From an uncultured delta proteobacterium (GTDB lineage: Bacteria; Myxococcota; Myxococcia; SLRQ01): 64,000 bases of DNA. A program made the translations under genes and the position numbers. Positions 40,098 through 49,547 of the stretch are shown here, one piece after another. Each line of letters opens with the position of its first letter. Within the stretch, counting starts at the first letter, position 1. The stretch spans positions 64,001 to 128,000 of the forward strand of contig CAVSGM010000009.1 of assembly GCA_963727485.1 (NCBI GenBank), in the 5' to 3' direction. The notes beneath the pieces were generated by a model that searched no databases, was not told the origin of the DNA, and saw only the letters and a list, made by a program, of their open reading frames with translations.

Positions 40098-41237
40098 TCA
40101 CTCTAGCGCGGGCCGGCCTTCGGGGTAGCCCATGAGGTGGAGGCCCGCCCCGAGGGTCTCGGTGACGACCGACTCCTCGCTCGCCGTGTCCACGGCCCCC
40201 GCCGCGGCGAGCCACCCGTCGAGGCGCGCCGCCAGGGGGACCCCGAGCTCGTCGGCGGTGGGGAGGCCGAAGACGTCGCCGCCCCGGTGGAGCACCTTGT
40301 AGAGGGCCAGGTACCACCGCCCCTCGCCGTGGCCCGGCTCGGCGACGGTCTCGGGCTCGCCCCGGGTCAGGGCCGCGTGCTGGCCCAGGAGGTGGAGGTG
40401 GTAGAGGGCCTGGAGGAGCCGGACGACCTCGGCCCGGGGGGCGCCGGCGCGGACCCGGACCAGGAGCGCCCGGGTGAGGACGCCGCCGAGGTGGCTCGGG
40501 TCCGGGGCCTGGAGCCAGCGGTAGAGGATGCCCCGGGCGAGGTCCGGGTCGGCGAGCCACCGGGCGGTGGCGCCGAAGGTGAACCTTGGCGCCGGGCGGC
40601 CGGCGGTGAGCAGATCGGTGACGGGGCTGGCGAGGAGGAGCCGGGCCAGGAGGCCCCGCCGGTCGGGGACGCCGAAGGTCTGGACCAGGGGCACCCCGAA
40701 CCGGTGGACCGCCACCTGGCGCAGGCGCGGGAGGCGGGTCATGCGCTTCGGAGGGGTCCGGCCGGGGTAGTGCCGGCGCCCGAGCCAGTAGATGACCTCG
40801 GCGTCCATGCGCTCGGCGTCGAAGAGGGGGCCGATGAGGGTGTGGGCGGCCAGGGCGTCGTCGACGGTGTCCGGCAGGCGCAGGCGGGTGGCGAGCTCCA
40901 GGGTGTAGCCCAGCGCCGCCTCCAGGCCCCCGGGGCGGGCGTCGGCGCGACCGAGCGCCGGGTGACCGAGGGCCACCAGGTTGTGGAGGACCGCCACCCG
41001 GAGGACGTCGGTGGGGCCGAGGGGGAGCGGCGTCGCGAGGGGGACCAGCTCGCCGGCGAGGCGACCCCGGGCCTGGGCGAGGCCGTCGGGGGCCCGGTTG
41101 CGGAGGATGAGGCGCCCGAGGGCCTCGACCTCGTCGGCACCGAGGGGCAGGCCCACCCGCACCCGGCCCCCGGCGAGCCACGCCGGGAGGAAGCCGTCGA
41201 GGACCGCCTGGGCGGCGCCGGTGGCCTCCCGGATCAC
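40098..41237 (-). CDS. Uncharacterised helical protein of the MoxR-vWA locus
   Basis: 379-aa ORF with GC3 bias, translationally coupled on both sides; motifs LHNLVALGHP, ASPVTDLL. Confidence 0.75.
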   Translation of the reverse strand: MIREATGAAQAVLDGFLPAWLAGGRVRVGLPLGADEVEALGRLILRNRAPDGLAQARGRLAGELVPLATPLPLGPTDVLRVAVLHNLVALGHPALGRADARPGGLEAALGYTLELATRLRLPDTVDDALAAHTLIGPLFDAERMDAEVIYWLGRRHYPGRTPPKRMTRLPRLRQVAVHRFGVPLVQTFGVPDRRGLLARLLLASPVTDLLTAGRPAPRFTFGATARWLADPDLARGILYRWLQAPDPSHLGGVLTRALLVRVRAGAPRAEVVRLLQALYHLHLLGQHAALTRGEPETVAEPGHGEGRWYLALYKVLHRGGDVFGLPTADELGVPLAARLDGWLAAAGAVDTASEESVVTETLGAGLHLMGYPEGRPALE

Positions 41238-42700
41238 CCGCCGCCTCCGGTGGGGAACCGGCGTCCCCAGAGGGGAAAGGGCCCGGCGTCGTCGAAGACC
41301 ACCTTGGGCGCCCCGGCCACCTCGCCGGTCTCGGCGACCGCCGCCGGGGGCACCTCCACCTGGGCCACCAGCCGGCGCGAGAGGGGCATGAGGGCCGACT
41401 CGGCGACGGTGAAGGGCGCCGCGTCGCCGCCGGGGAGGACCGCCAGCTCGCCCTGCCCCACCCCCAGGGCCTCGGCGACCAGCGCCGGGGGCAGGCGGGG
41501 GACCACGACCTGTCCCAGGGGCACCAGGACCTGGGCTCCCACCCGGCGCAGCGGCAGGCCCAGGGGCAGCTCCTCCACGGCGCCCTCGCCCACCACCAGG
41601 AGGCCCCGGTCGAGGCTCACCGCCCGGTAGCGCTCGAGGGTCGCCGGCGGGAGGGCGTAGACCAGGTGGCGGAAGGCCGAGAGCTGCCGCGGGGGGATGA
41701 GGAGGGCCTCCGGGGGCCCGAGGCCCCGGTGGTCCGGGGCGAGGCGCAGGGGCACGTCCACCGGCTCACCGGGGTCGGCGGCGGTGGCCCCCGCGGCCTC
41801 GGCGCCCAGGTCGGGCCGCACGCCCCGGCGCAGGGGGAGCCAGCCGAGCTCGCCGTGGATCACCCGGGCCCCCGGGCGGTTGCCCAGGAAGAGCCAGAGG
41901 GCGTCGTCCCCGAGGGCGTCGGCGCAGGCGGCGAGGTCGAAGGGGTGGCGGAAGCCCTGCTCCACCGCGGCCCGGGTGCCCTCGGGGACCAGGAGCCGCA
42001 CTCCCGGGGTGGCGCCCAGCCGATGGCGCACCCGGGGCGGGAGATCCCGGGCCCGGTAGAGGAAGAGCTCGCCGTCGTCGACCTCGGCCCGGACGACCTC
42101 GGCGTCGACGCCGCAGCGCCAGAGGTAGGCCTCGAGGTCGGCCCGGAGCCCCGGGGGCGCGAGGACCAGGAGGGTCTCGGGGTCGAGGCCCCGGCGCCGG
42201 ACGGGCTCGGGGGCGAGGCGGAGGAGGAGGCTGCGCAGGGGCAGGCCCTCGACCACGGCGTAGGGACCCTCGGCGACGCGGCCGTAGAGGACGACGTCGG
42301 CCTCGCCCTCGACCAGGCGGTCCACGTCGTAGCCCAGGGGGCTCTTCCGGTCCCGGTAGCGCACCAGGTGCCGGGCCTCCCCGGTGAACAGCTCCCCGCC
42401 CCCGAGGCCGGCGACCCGGGCCAGGCGGTCGAGGCGCGGGGTGTCCCCGGCGTCGAAGCGGAGGAGGAACTCCACGGTGCCGAGGGCCGAGCGGACCCGG
42501 TCGACGACCAGGGCCGCGTAGAGCTCGGGCTGGGCGAGCTCGCCGGTGAGGGTCGAGAGGGCGGCGACCACCCGGTCCAGGGACGGCAGGAGCATCGCCG
42601 CCACCCGGCCCGTGGCCACCCCCCGGGCGTCCGTCTTCAGCCCGGGCGCCACGAACCGCGTCTGGTGCTGTGCGACGGGGACCAGCAAGACGACGGTCAT
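41234..42700 (-). CDS. Uncharacterised protein leading the MoxR-vWA operon (possibly a ternary-system accessory domain)
   Basis: 488-aa ORF; motifs FTGEARHLVRYRDRKSPLGYD, VEQGFRHPFDL, LVPLGQVVVPRLPP; ends PFPLWG. Confidence 0.75.
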   Translation of the reverse strand: MTVVLLVPVAQHQTRFVAPGLKTDARGVATGRVAAMLLPSLDRVVAALSTLTGELAQPELYAALVVDRVRSALGTVEFLLRFDAGDTPRLDRLARVAGLGGGELFTGEARHLVRYRDRKSPLGYDVDRLVEGEADVVLYGRVAEGPYAVVEGLPLRSLLLRLAPEPVRRRGLDPETLLVLAPPGLRADLEAYLWRCGVDAEVVRAEVDDGELFLYRARDLPPRVRHRLGATPGVRLLVPEGTRAAVEQGFRHPFDLAACADALGDDALWLFLGNRPGARVIHGELGWLPLRRGVRPDLGAEAAGATAADPGEPVDVPLRLAPDHRGLGPPEALLIPPRQLSAFRHLVYALPPATLERYRAVSLDRGLLVVGEGAVEELPLGLPLRRVGAQVLVPLGQVVVPRLPPALVAEALGVGQGELAVLPGGDAAPFTVAESALMPLSRRLVAQVEVPPAAVAETGEVAGAPKVVFDDAGPFPLWGRRFPTGGGG

Positions 42701-42747
42701 TGTAACCTGCCTTTGCCCCGGGGCGAGGCTCTGCCAAACTTGGGGGC

Positions 42748-43908
42748 GTGTCCCTCTGGGCCCGGTTCCGCTCCGCCGACTACCGCGAGGCCCTCGCCGC
42801 CGAGGCGGCGGGGGACCTCGAGCGGGCCGCCACCGCCTTCTCCCGGGCCGGGCGCCCCGGGGAGGTGATCCGCCTCCGCCGGCACCTCGCCACCGGCGCC
42901 GCCGAGCCCGCCGAGCGCGTCCGCCACCTCCGCGCCGCCCTCGCCGTCGCCGAGGGCGCCTACGTCGAGGACGCGCTCCGGACGTCCCTGCGCCAGTCGT
43001 TGGCCCGGGCCCTCGTCGCCACCCGGGACAGCGGCTCCCTGGTCCAGGCGGTGGCCCTCTACCGCGCCGAGGGCGATCACCACGGCGCCGCCGAGGCCCT
43101 CCTGGCCCTGGGGCAGGAGCCCGAGGCCCGGGCGGAGCTCGCCGCCGGGCACCTCTTCGAGCGCCTCGAGCGCCTGGACCGGGCCACCGCCCGCCGCGAG
43201 GCGTCCGAGGCCGCCCGGGACGCCGCCGCCTCCGCCGCCGAGGCCCGGGCCGACGCCGGGGACCGGGCCGGGGCCCTCCACGCCCTCGAGGCCCTCGACC
43301 CGGCGGCGGTCACCGGCGCCGCCCGGGCCCTCCGGGCGCGCCTGGTCGCCGCCCGCCCCGAGGGGCGCCTGGCTCTCGCCGCCGCCGGGACCGGGGCCGC
43401 GGTCACCATCGTGGGGACCCTCCCGGTGGTCCTCGGCCGGGGCCCGGACAGCGCCCTGCCCTTGGCCGACGCCGGGATCTCCCGGCACCACGCCCGCCTC
43501 GACGGCGCCGGGGGCGGCTTCCGCCTCGCGGACCTCGAGAGCCGCAACGGCACCTGGATCGACGGGCTCCCGGTGGGCGCGGGCTTCGAGCTCCCGGAGG
43601 CCGGACGCTTCACCCTCGGGGAGCGGTGCCGGGTGGTCTTCCGGCGCCTGGGCGAGGGGGCCCTGCTGCTGGAGGTGGAGCGGGGGCTCGCCGCCGGGGC
43701 CCGGGCGGTGGTCCTCGGGGGGCCGGCGGAGCTCGCCGGGGTGCTCCCGGGGCTGGCGCCGGTGCGCCTCGCCCTCGAGGGGGGCTGGTTCCGCCTCGCC
43801 GGCGACGGGCTGCGCCTCCAGGGGCGCCCCGTCGCCGGGCCCGTCGACCTCCTGGTGGGGGACCGGGTCGAGGTCGCGGGCTGCGACCTGGAGGTCCGGC
43901 GGCGATGA
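42748..43908 (+). CDS. TPR-like + FHA domain protein
   Basis: FHA motifs VLGRG, ISRHHARL, DLESRNGTWIDG, followed by a second FHA-like beta region (DLLVGDRVEV). Confidence 0.82.
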   Translation: MSLWARFRSADYREALAAEAAGDLERAATAFSRAGRPGEVIRLRRHLATGAAEPAERVRHLRAALAVAEGAYVEDALRTSLRQSLARALVATRDSGSLVQAVALYRAEGDHHGAAEALLALGQEPEARAELAAGHLFERLERLDRATARREASEAARDAAASAAEARADAGDRAGALHALEALDPAAVTGAARALRARLVAARPEGRLALAAAGTGAAVTIVGTLPVVLGRGPDSALPLADAGISRHHARLDGAGGGFRLADLESRNGTWIDGLPVGAGFELPEAGRFTLGERCRVVFRRLGEGALLLEVERGLAAGARAVVLGGPAELAGVLPGLAPVRLALEGGWFRLAGDGLRLQGRPVAGPVDLLVGDRVEVAGCDLEVRRR

Positions 43909-45299
43909 CCGGGGCCACCGGGGCCGACCGGGGCTGGATCCGGGCGCTGTGGGCGTGGCTCACCGAGGCGGCCGATCCCCCCGCCGGCCCGGGCCCCGCC
44001 GGCGGGGCCCTCACGGCCCCCCGGGATCCGGCCGCGCCGCCGCTCCCCGCCCGCCCCGTGGGCCCCGGCCCCGGGCCGAGCCTCCCCCCGGGGCCGGTGG
44101 GGCGCCTCGCCACCGCCGCCGACACCGGGGACGCCGCCGGGGCCCGCCGGGCCCTCGACGCCGCCGTCGACGCCGGCCTCGCCCCCGAGGCCCGGCGCTG
44201 CCTCGCGGCCCGGGACGCCGCCGACGCCCCGGTGTGGCTCCGCCTCCTCGCCGCCGACGCCGCCCTCGCCGACGACCCCGACGCCGGCCGCCGGGTCCTC
44301 GAGGCCCTCGCCGACGCCGGGACCCCGGACCTCGCCGCCGAGGCCCGGCTGCGCCTCGGCGATCTCCTCAGGGACGCCGGGGACCTCGCCGGGGCAAGGA
44401 TGCACTACGAGCGGGCCCTCGCCGTGGACCTGGACCTCCCCCGGGCCCGGGCCCTGGCCGACGCCCTGGGCACCGGCGCCGACGCCGAGGCCGCGGGCGG
44501 CCGCCCCACCCTGGTCCTGCCCCGGGCGCGGCTGGGCCCGGCGGCGGATCGCTACGTCCTCCTCCGGGAGCTCGGCCGTGGCGGCGCCGGCACGGTGTAT
44601 CTCGCCGAGGACGCGCGCCTGGGCCGGCGGGTCGCCGTGAAGGTGCTCCACCCGCGGCCCGGCGAGGCCCCTCCGGCGCGGCTCCTCGCCGAGGTCCAGG
44701 CGGCGGTGGCGGTCGCCCACCCGGGGATCGTCCGGATCTTCGACGTGGATCCCGAGCGGGGGGTGGTGGTCATGGAGCACCTCGCGGGGGGCTCCCTCCG
44801 GGACCGCCTGGTGCCCGGCGAGCCGGTGCCCCCGGCGGCGGCGGCGGGCCTGGCCCGGGGCCTCGCCGAGGCCCTGGCGGTCCTCCACCGCCGGGGCGTG
44901 ATCCATGGGGACCTGAAGGCGGGCAACGTCCTGTTCCGGGGCGGGGCCGGCCTCTCGGAGCCGGTGATCGCGGACTTCGGCCTCGCCCGGGAGGCCGGCG
45001 GCGGCCGGCGGCCCGCGGGGACCCTCGCCGCCATGGCCCCCGAGGTCCGCGCCGGCGCCGCCCCCACCCCCGCCGCCGACGTCTGGGCCCTCGGCGTCCT
45101 CCTCCACGAGGTCCTGGCCGGGCGCCCCCCGATCGCCCCCGGGGACATCCTCCAGGGGCGCCTGACCCCGTCGGCCCTCCCGGAGGCGGTCCCCGAGCCC
45201 CTCCGGCGCCTGGTCGCCGCCCTCCTCGCCGCCGATCCCGAGGCCCGCCCGGCGGACGCCGACGCGGTCCTCGCCCGCCTGGAGGCCCTCGCCGGTTGA
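43905..45299 (+). CDS. TPR + cytoplasmic Ser/Thr kinase
   Basis: ATGA overlap with the FHA gene; TPR ARLRLGDLLRDAGDLAGARMHYERALAVD; LGRGGAGTVY, VAVK, HGDLKAGNVL, DFG, GTLAAMAPE. Confidence 0.85.
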   Translation: MTGATGADRGWIRALWAWLTEAADPPAGPGPAGGALTAPRDPAAPPLPARPVGPGPGPSLPPGPVGRLATAADTGDAAGARRALDAAVDAGLAPEARRCLAARDAADAPVWLRLLAADAALADDPDAGRRVLEALADAGTPDLAAEARLRLGDLLRDAGDLAGARMHYERALAVDLDLPRARALADALGTGADAEAAGGRPTLVLPRARLGPAADRYVLLRELGRGGAGTVYLAEDARLGRRVAVKVLHPRPGEAPPARLLAEVQAAVAVAHPGIVRIFDVDPERGVVVMEHLAGGSLRDRLVPGEPVPPAAAAGLARGLAEALAVLHRRGVIHGDLKAGNVLFRGGAGLSEPVIADFGLAREAGGGRRPAGTLAAMAPEVRAGAAPTPAADVWALGVLLHEVLAGRPPIAPGDILQGRLTPSALPEAVPEPLRRLVAALLAADPEARPADADAVLARLEALAG

Positions 45300-45316
45300 A
45301 CCGGGAGTTCGTCCCG

Positions 45317-45332
45317 TGGCACGGCTGTTGCT
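45317..45332 (+). promoter_or_regulatory. Sigma54 (-24/-12) promoter
   Basis: TGGCACG-GCTG-TTGCT, an exact match to TGGCACG-N4-TTGCW, intergenic and just upstream of the DUF3108 gene. Confidence 0.8.
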
Positions 45333-45344
45333 GAACTACCGCCC

Positions 45345-46169
45345 ATGCCCCCCCGCCCCCACCCCGACCCCGACAGCGCTGTCGCACCGCGCCGCGTCCT
45401 CACCACGGTCCTCGCCGTGCTGGTGGGGGCGCTGGCGGCGCCGGTGCCGGCCCGGGGCGCCCCGGCGGCGCCCCCCCACGCCTTCGGGCCCGGGGAGGTC
45501 CTGGTCTACGACGTCCACTACGGCCCGGTCCATACGGGGAAGGCGCGGATCGCCGTGGGCGCCGACCGGCCCATGGGCGGGAAGCAGGTGTGGCCCATCG
45601 TGGTCCAGGCCCGGACCAACGACGTGTTCAGCCACGTGTTCCCGGTGCGGGACCAGTTCGTGACCCTGTGGCAGCCCAAGGCCGCCGGGAGCCTGGGCTT
45701 CGACTTCCACGCCGACGAGAACGGGCGCCGGCGCTTCACCCGCATGCGCCTCTACCCGGCGAAGGGCCGGGCGGTGGTCGAGCGGCAGGTGCCGGGCAAG
45801 GCGCCCCACCGGGCCCACTACCAGACCGGGCGGGCCGATCACGACGTGGCCTCGGCGGTGTTCTGGCTGCGCACCCGGCCCCTCCACGTGGGCGACCGGG
45901 ACCAGGTGCGGGTGTTCACCGGGTACCGGACCTGGGACCTGGTGGCCCACGTCGAGGGCAAGGAGACGGTGAAGACCGCCGCGGGCACCTGGCACACGGT
46001 GCGCGTCCGCCTCGAGACCCACTTCCACGGCAGGCTTGCGGCGCGGCACGACATCGTGCTGTGGATGACCGATGACCGAGCGCACGTACCGGTGCGGGCC
46101 GAGGCGGAGCTGGTCCTCGGCTCGGTGCAGGCCGACCTCTCGACCTACCTCCCCGGGCTCACCGAGTAG
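45345..46169 (+). CDS. DUF3108-family exported protein
   Basis: Signal peptide; FGPGEVLVYDV, DVASAVFWLR, ETVKTAAGTW, LWMTDDRAHVPVR. Confidence 0.82.
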   Translation: MPPRPHPDPDSAVAPRRVLTTVLAVLVGALAAPVPARGAPAAPPHAFGPGEVLVYDVHYGPVHTGKARIAVGADRPMGGKQVWPIVVQARTNDVFSHVFPVRDQFVTLWQPKAAGSLGFDFHADENGRRRFTRMRLYPAKGRAVVERQVPGKAPHRAHYQTGRADHDVASAVFWLRTRPLHVGDRDQVRVFTGYRTWDLVAHVEGKETVKTAAGTWHTVRVRLETHFHGRLAARHDIVLWMTDDRAHVPVRAEAELVLGSVQADLSTYLPGLTE

Positions 46170-47350
46170 GGCCCTGGGCACGGCCCTGGTGGCCGCGGTG
46201 CTCCTCGCCGGGTGCCACGGCGGCCAGGCGGCCACCGGCGCCACGTCCAAGGGCGGGAGCGCCGCGCACCCCCACAAGGCGGCGAGCGACCTGGCGACCG
46301 GGGGCGGCCCCTCCGCCGACGGCGGCACCGCCGACGCCGGCACCCCCGACGCGGGCGTCCTCCCGGGCGACCGGGCGACGCGGCGCCGGGCCGCCCGAAA
46401 CCTGTTGCGCCAGGGACACCTGAAGGCCGCCGAGGCCACCCTGGAGGCGCTCTGGCGCACCGGGAGCGACGAGGCCTCGCGCACCGACGGCCTCCTCGCC
46501 GCCGCGGCCCACGCCCGCCGCGGCGACGACGACGGGGCCCTGGCCCTCCTCGCCGAGGCCGAGCACCGGGGGCTCCCCGACGGGCACCTCGAGGACCTCG
46601 CCGCCGCCATCGCCAGCGACGTCCCCAACCCCGGGGCCCTCGCCCACCGCCTCGCCGGCGACCCGGCGGGCATCCGCACCCATGTCCGCGCCGCCCTCGA
46701 GGGGGCCCTCTACCAGCGGGCGGGGAAGCCGCGCCTCGCCATCCCCTACTGGGAGCAGGCGGCGCACCTGGCCCCGGACCAGGTGGTCTACTGGCGCCAG
46801 CTCATGCGCCTCTACGCGGTCACCGGGCACCCCCACCGCCTGGAGACGGCCCTGCGCAAGGTCGTCACCCTCGAGCCCCGGTACGTCCCGGCGCGGGTCG
46901 ACCTGGTGCGCATGCTCACCCGCCAGGGCCACGACCCCGAGGCCCGGGCGGTGGCGCTGCCTCCGAAGGGCGCCTACTCGGCCCTCGACCGGAAGGTGAC
47001 CGAGGCCGAGGTCCTCCAGCGGGCCGGCCGCGATCGCGACGCGGTGACCGCCTACCGCCGGATCCTCGCCGGTCACCCCGACGACTGCCGGGCCCGCCTC
47101 GGGCTCGGGCGCGCGCGCCTCGACGCCGGCGAGGTGAAGGCCGGGGCCCGAGCCCTCTACGACCTGGTGGCCCACCGGGTCGGGGGGCGCCCCTGCGACG
47201 TCGCCGAGGCGGCCCGCACCCTCCTCTCGGATCCCCGCACCAAGGCCGGGATGGGCAAGCGCCTCGCCCACCTCGCCGCCCACGGCGGGGGCGCCGAATC
47301 CGGCGACCCTCCGGGCCATGGTGAAGGCGTCCCGGCCGACCGGCCGGTGA
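46072..47350 (+). CDS. TPR-repeat lipoprotein (start uncertain; apparent +1 insertion near the C-terminus)
   Basis: Lipobox LAGC and several TPRs. Removing one A from GAATC at 47296-47300 gives ADPATLRAMVKASRPTGR* with normal GC3 and removes the overlap with the next gene. Confidence 0.68.
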
Positions 47351-47498
47351 ATAGTCGGCCGGGCGCTGCGTACCAACGGGCGTGCCGCGCCTGGCCCGAG
47401 CCGGCAGGGGATGGTCCCCTGGGGCGGGCGCGGCACAACTCCTCGTTTGCACCGGGCGCTCGCCGTGGGCGAGCATGGGTGCCCTGGACGGTTCCCCG

Positions 47499-48515
47499 AT
47501 GCGCCTGACCCTCGTCGTCGCCCTCGTGGCCCTGTGCGCCAGCGGCTCCCGCGCGGCCCGCGCCGCTGCGGGGGACGGCGGCGTGGCGACGCAGGCCGCG
47601 GCAGGGCCCGCCGATGGGGGCGCGAGGGCGCCGGACACGGCGGCGCCGGCCCGCACCTCCCACCCGGCCCAGGCCTCCCACCCGGCCCAGGCCTCCCATC
47701 CGGCCCCCGCCTCCCAGGTGTCGCACGCCTCCCATCCGGCCCCCGCGAGCCCGGGTCCCCGGGGCGTCGCCCCCTGCGGCGGGCCCCCGCCGGCGGCGGG
47801 CCCGGCGCCCTTCGCCCCCGGCGAGCTCCTCCACTACGACCTCGACGTCCTCGGGGTCCGCGCCGGCACCCTGGACCTCGACGTCGCCCGGGACCCGGCC
47901 GGGGGCTACGACTTCGGCGCCCTCGCCCGGTCCAACACCTTCTTCGAGAACATCCGCAAGGTGCGCGGCCAGGCCACCTCCTACGCCTCGGCACGGACCC
48001 TCGAGCCGCGGCGCTACCGCGAGGACGCCACCGAGGACGGGGTGAAGAAGTGGGCCGAGGTCCACTTCAATCCCAAGGACCACCAGGTGGACATCGCCTA
48101 CGCCATCGGCAGCCACCGGCGCCGGGTGCGCTACCCCCTGCGCTACGGCCCCTTCGACGTGCTCTCGGTGGTCTACTACGTGCGCACCCTGCCGATGAAG
48201 GTCGGGGAGCACCTCTGCGTGGACCTCTACGGCAACCGGAAGGTCTGGCGGCTCCGGGGCCACGTCGACGGCGAGGAGTGGATCGACACCCCGGCGGGGA
48301 AGTTCAAGACCTGGCGGCTGGTGGGCGAGGCCTGGCGCCTGGACATGCCCAAGTACCACCGGCCCATCCACCTCTGGATCAGCCAGGACGCCCGGAGGCT
48401 CCCGGTGGCGGTGGTGGGCGAGATCGACCTGGGGCCGGTCCGCGCCCAGCTCTCGCGCATCGGCCCGGCGACCGCCGAGTCCCGCCCGCCCGACTACGGC
48501 GGCGGAACCTGGTAG
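47499..48515 (+). CDS. DUF3108-family exported protein with a repeat linker
   Basis: Signal peptide; FAPGELLHYDL, DVLSVVYYVR, EWIDTPAGKFKT, LWISQDARRLPV. Confidence 0.82.
   Translation: MRLTLVVALVALCASGSRAARAAAGDGGVATQAAAGPADGGARAPDTAAPARTSHPAQASHPAQASHPAPASQVSHASHPAPASPGPRGVAPCGGPPPAAGPAPFAPGELLHYDLDVLGVRAGTLDLDVARDPAGGYDFGALARSNTFFENIRKVRGQATSYASARTLEPRRYREDATEDGVKKWAEVHFNPKDHQVDIAYAIGSHRRRVRYPLRYGPFDVLSVVYYVRTLPMKVGEHLCVDLYGNRKVWRLRGHVDGEEWIDTPAGKFKTWRLVGEAWRLDMPKYHRPIHLWISQDARRLPVAVVGEIDLGPVRAQLSRIGPATAESRPPDYGGGTW
47658..47747 (+). repeat. In-frame 18-bp tandem repeat, five units (SHPAQA-like)
   Basis: TCCCACCCGGCCCAGGCC x2, then three degenerate copies. Confidence 0.8.
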
Positions 48516-48545
48516 CGCCGGCGGGCTTCGGCCCCGCGACGGGCG

Positions 48546-49016
48546 TCAGCGCCGGCGGACGCCGGCGGCGACCTGCACCAGGCGGCGGCGCAGCCCGGAG
48601 AGCACCAGGTGGAGGTGGTCGACCCGCTCGAGGATGGCGGCGTCGGAGGCGTGGGCCATGAGCACGCCGGGGGCGGCCCGTCCCAGGGCCTCGAGGCTCT
48701 CCTGGAAGAAGGCCTCGATGTCCGAGAGGGCCTCGGTGGCCTCGCGGAGATCGTCCTCGACGAAGTGGCAGACGTTGGCGTCGACGCCCCGGGCCCGGAG
48801 CCGGCTGGCGACGGTGCCGCTGGCGTCCCACCGCTGGTCCCGGAGGACGCCGAGGAGGGCCGCCGCGAACTCGGTGTCCTCGTCGGGCCGCGGCGGCGGG
48901 GGGGCGAGGACGGTCTCGGGGGCCTGGGCAGCCGGGCGGCGCGGGGCCGGGCGAACCGGGGCCTCGAGGAAGTCGGGCACCTCGGTATCGACGACGGCTG
49001 CGAGCGCGTTGGCCAT
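48546..49016 (-). CDS. Hypothetical helical protein (156 aa)
   Basis: GGAGG SD, its own promoter, and GC3 bias. Confidence 0.7.
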   Translation of the reverse strand: MANALAAVVDTEVPDFLEAPVRPAPRRPAAQAPETVLAPPPPRPDEDTEFAAALLGVLRDQRWDASGTVASRLRARGVDANVCHFVEDDLREATEALSDIEAFFQESLEALGRAAPGVLMAHASDAAILERVDHLHLVLSGLRRRLVQVAAGVRRR

Positions 49017-49057
49017 GTTTCCTCCAGCGGATGCGGTGACGGCGGGACGTCACGGCC

Positions 49058-49085
49058 ATCGTAGAGGGGGGTCGGCGATCGTCAA
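49058..49085 (-). promoter_or_regulatory. Sigma70-type promoter
   Basis: TTGACG-16 nt-TACGAT upstream of 48546..49016. Confidence 0.6.
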
Positions 49086-49112
49086 CTTTTCGGGCGCGGG
49101 TGGGTCGGGTGC

Positions 49113-49547
49113 CTACTGCACCGCCGCCATGCCCACGACCACGATCACCTTGTTGCCCGCGGTCACCGTCCCGGTGCCGCAGCCGTCGGCGACGAGGTTG
49201 CCGGTGCCGCCGGCGCCGTCGTACCCCAGGACCAGCAGCTCCATCCGCCCGAGGGGCAGGTTGTCGAAGGCCACGGTCTTCGAGGTGTCTCCGGAGGCGA
49301 CCTCGACGGTGACGCTCTTGGCCAGGGTCCCGAAGCCCGAGAGGTCCTGGTAGCTCGCCAGGAGGGCGCTGCAGTCGGTGCTCTTGCCGCTCTTGTCGCT
49401 GCCCCCGAAGGGCGTGGCCACCAGGCTGGCGACGTTCATCCCCTGGAGCGCCTGGGTGTCGACCCCGAAGCGCGCGCCCCCGGGGGCCGGCCCGCAGGCG
49501 GCGGCGAGGGCGAGGACGACCAGGGGGCCAAGGAGCCGGCGGGTCAT
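49113..49547 (-). CDS. Small lipoprotein
   Basis: MTRRLLGPLVVLALAAAC lipobox; ATGA overlap with the upstream gene. Confidence 0.78.
   Translation of the reverse strand: MTRRLLGPLVVLALAAACGPAPGGARFGVDTQALQGMNVASLVATPFGGSDKSGKSTDCSALLASYQDLSGFGTLAKSVTVEVASGDTSKTVAFDNLPLGRMELLVLGYDGAGGTGNLVADGCGTGTVTAGNKVIVVVGMAAVQ

Noticed and set aside
47351..47508. C-terminal extension of the TPR lipoprotein as given in the ORF track
   Set aside because: Codon bias collapses after GAATC 47296 and the extension overlaps the next gene; the corrected frame stops at 47350.
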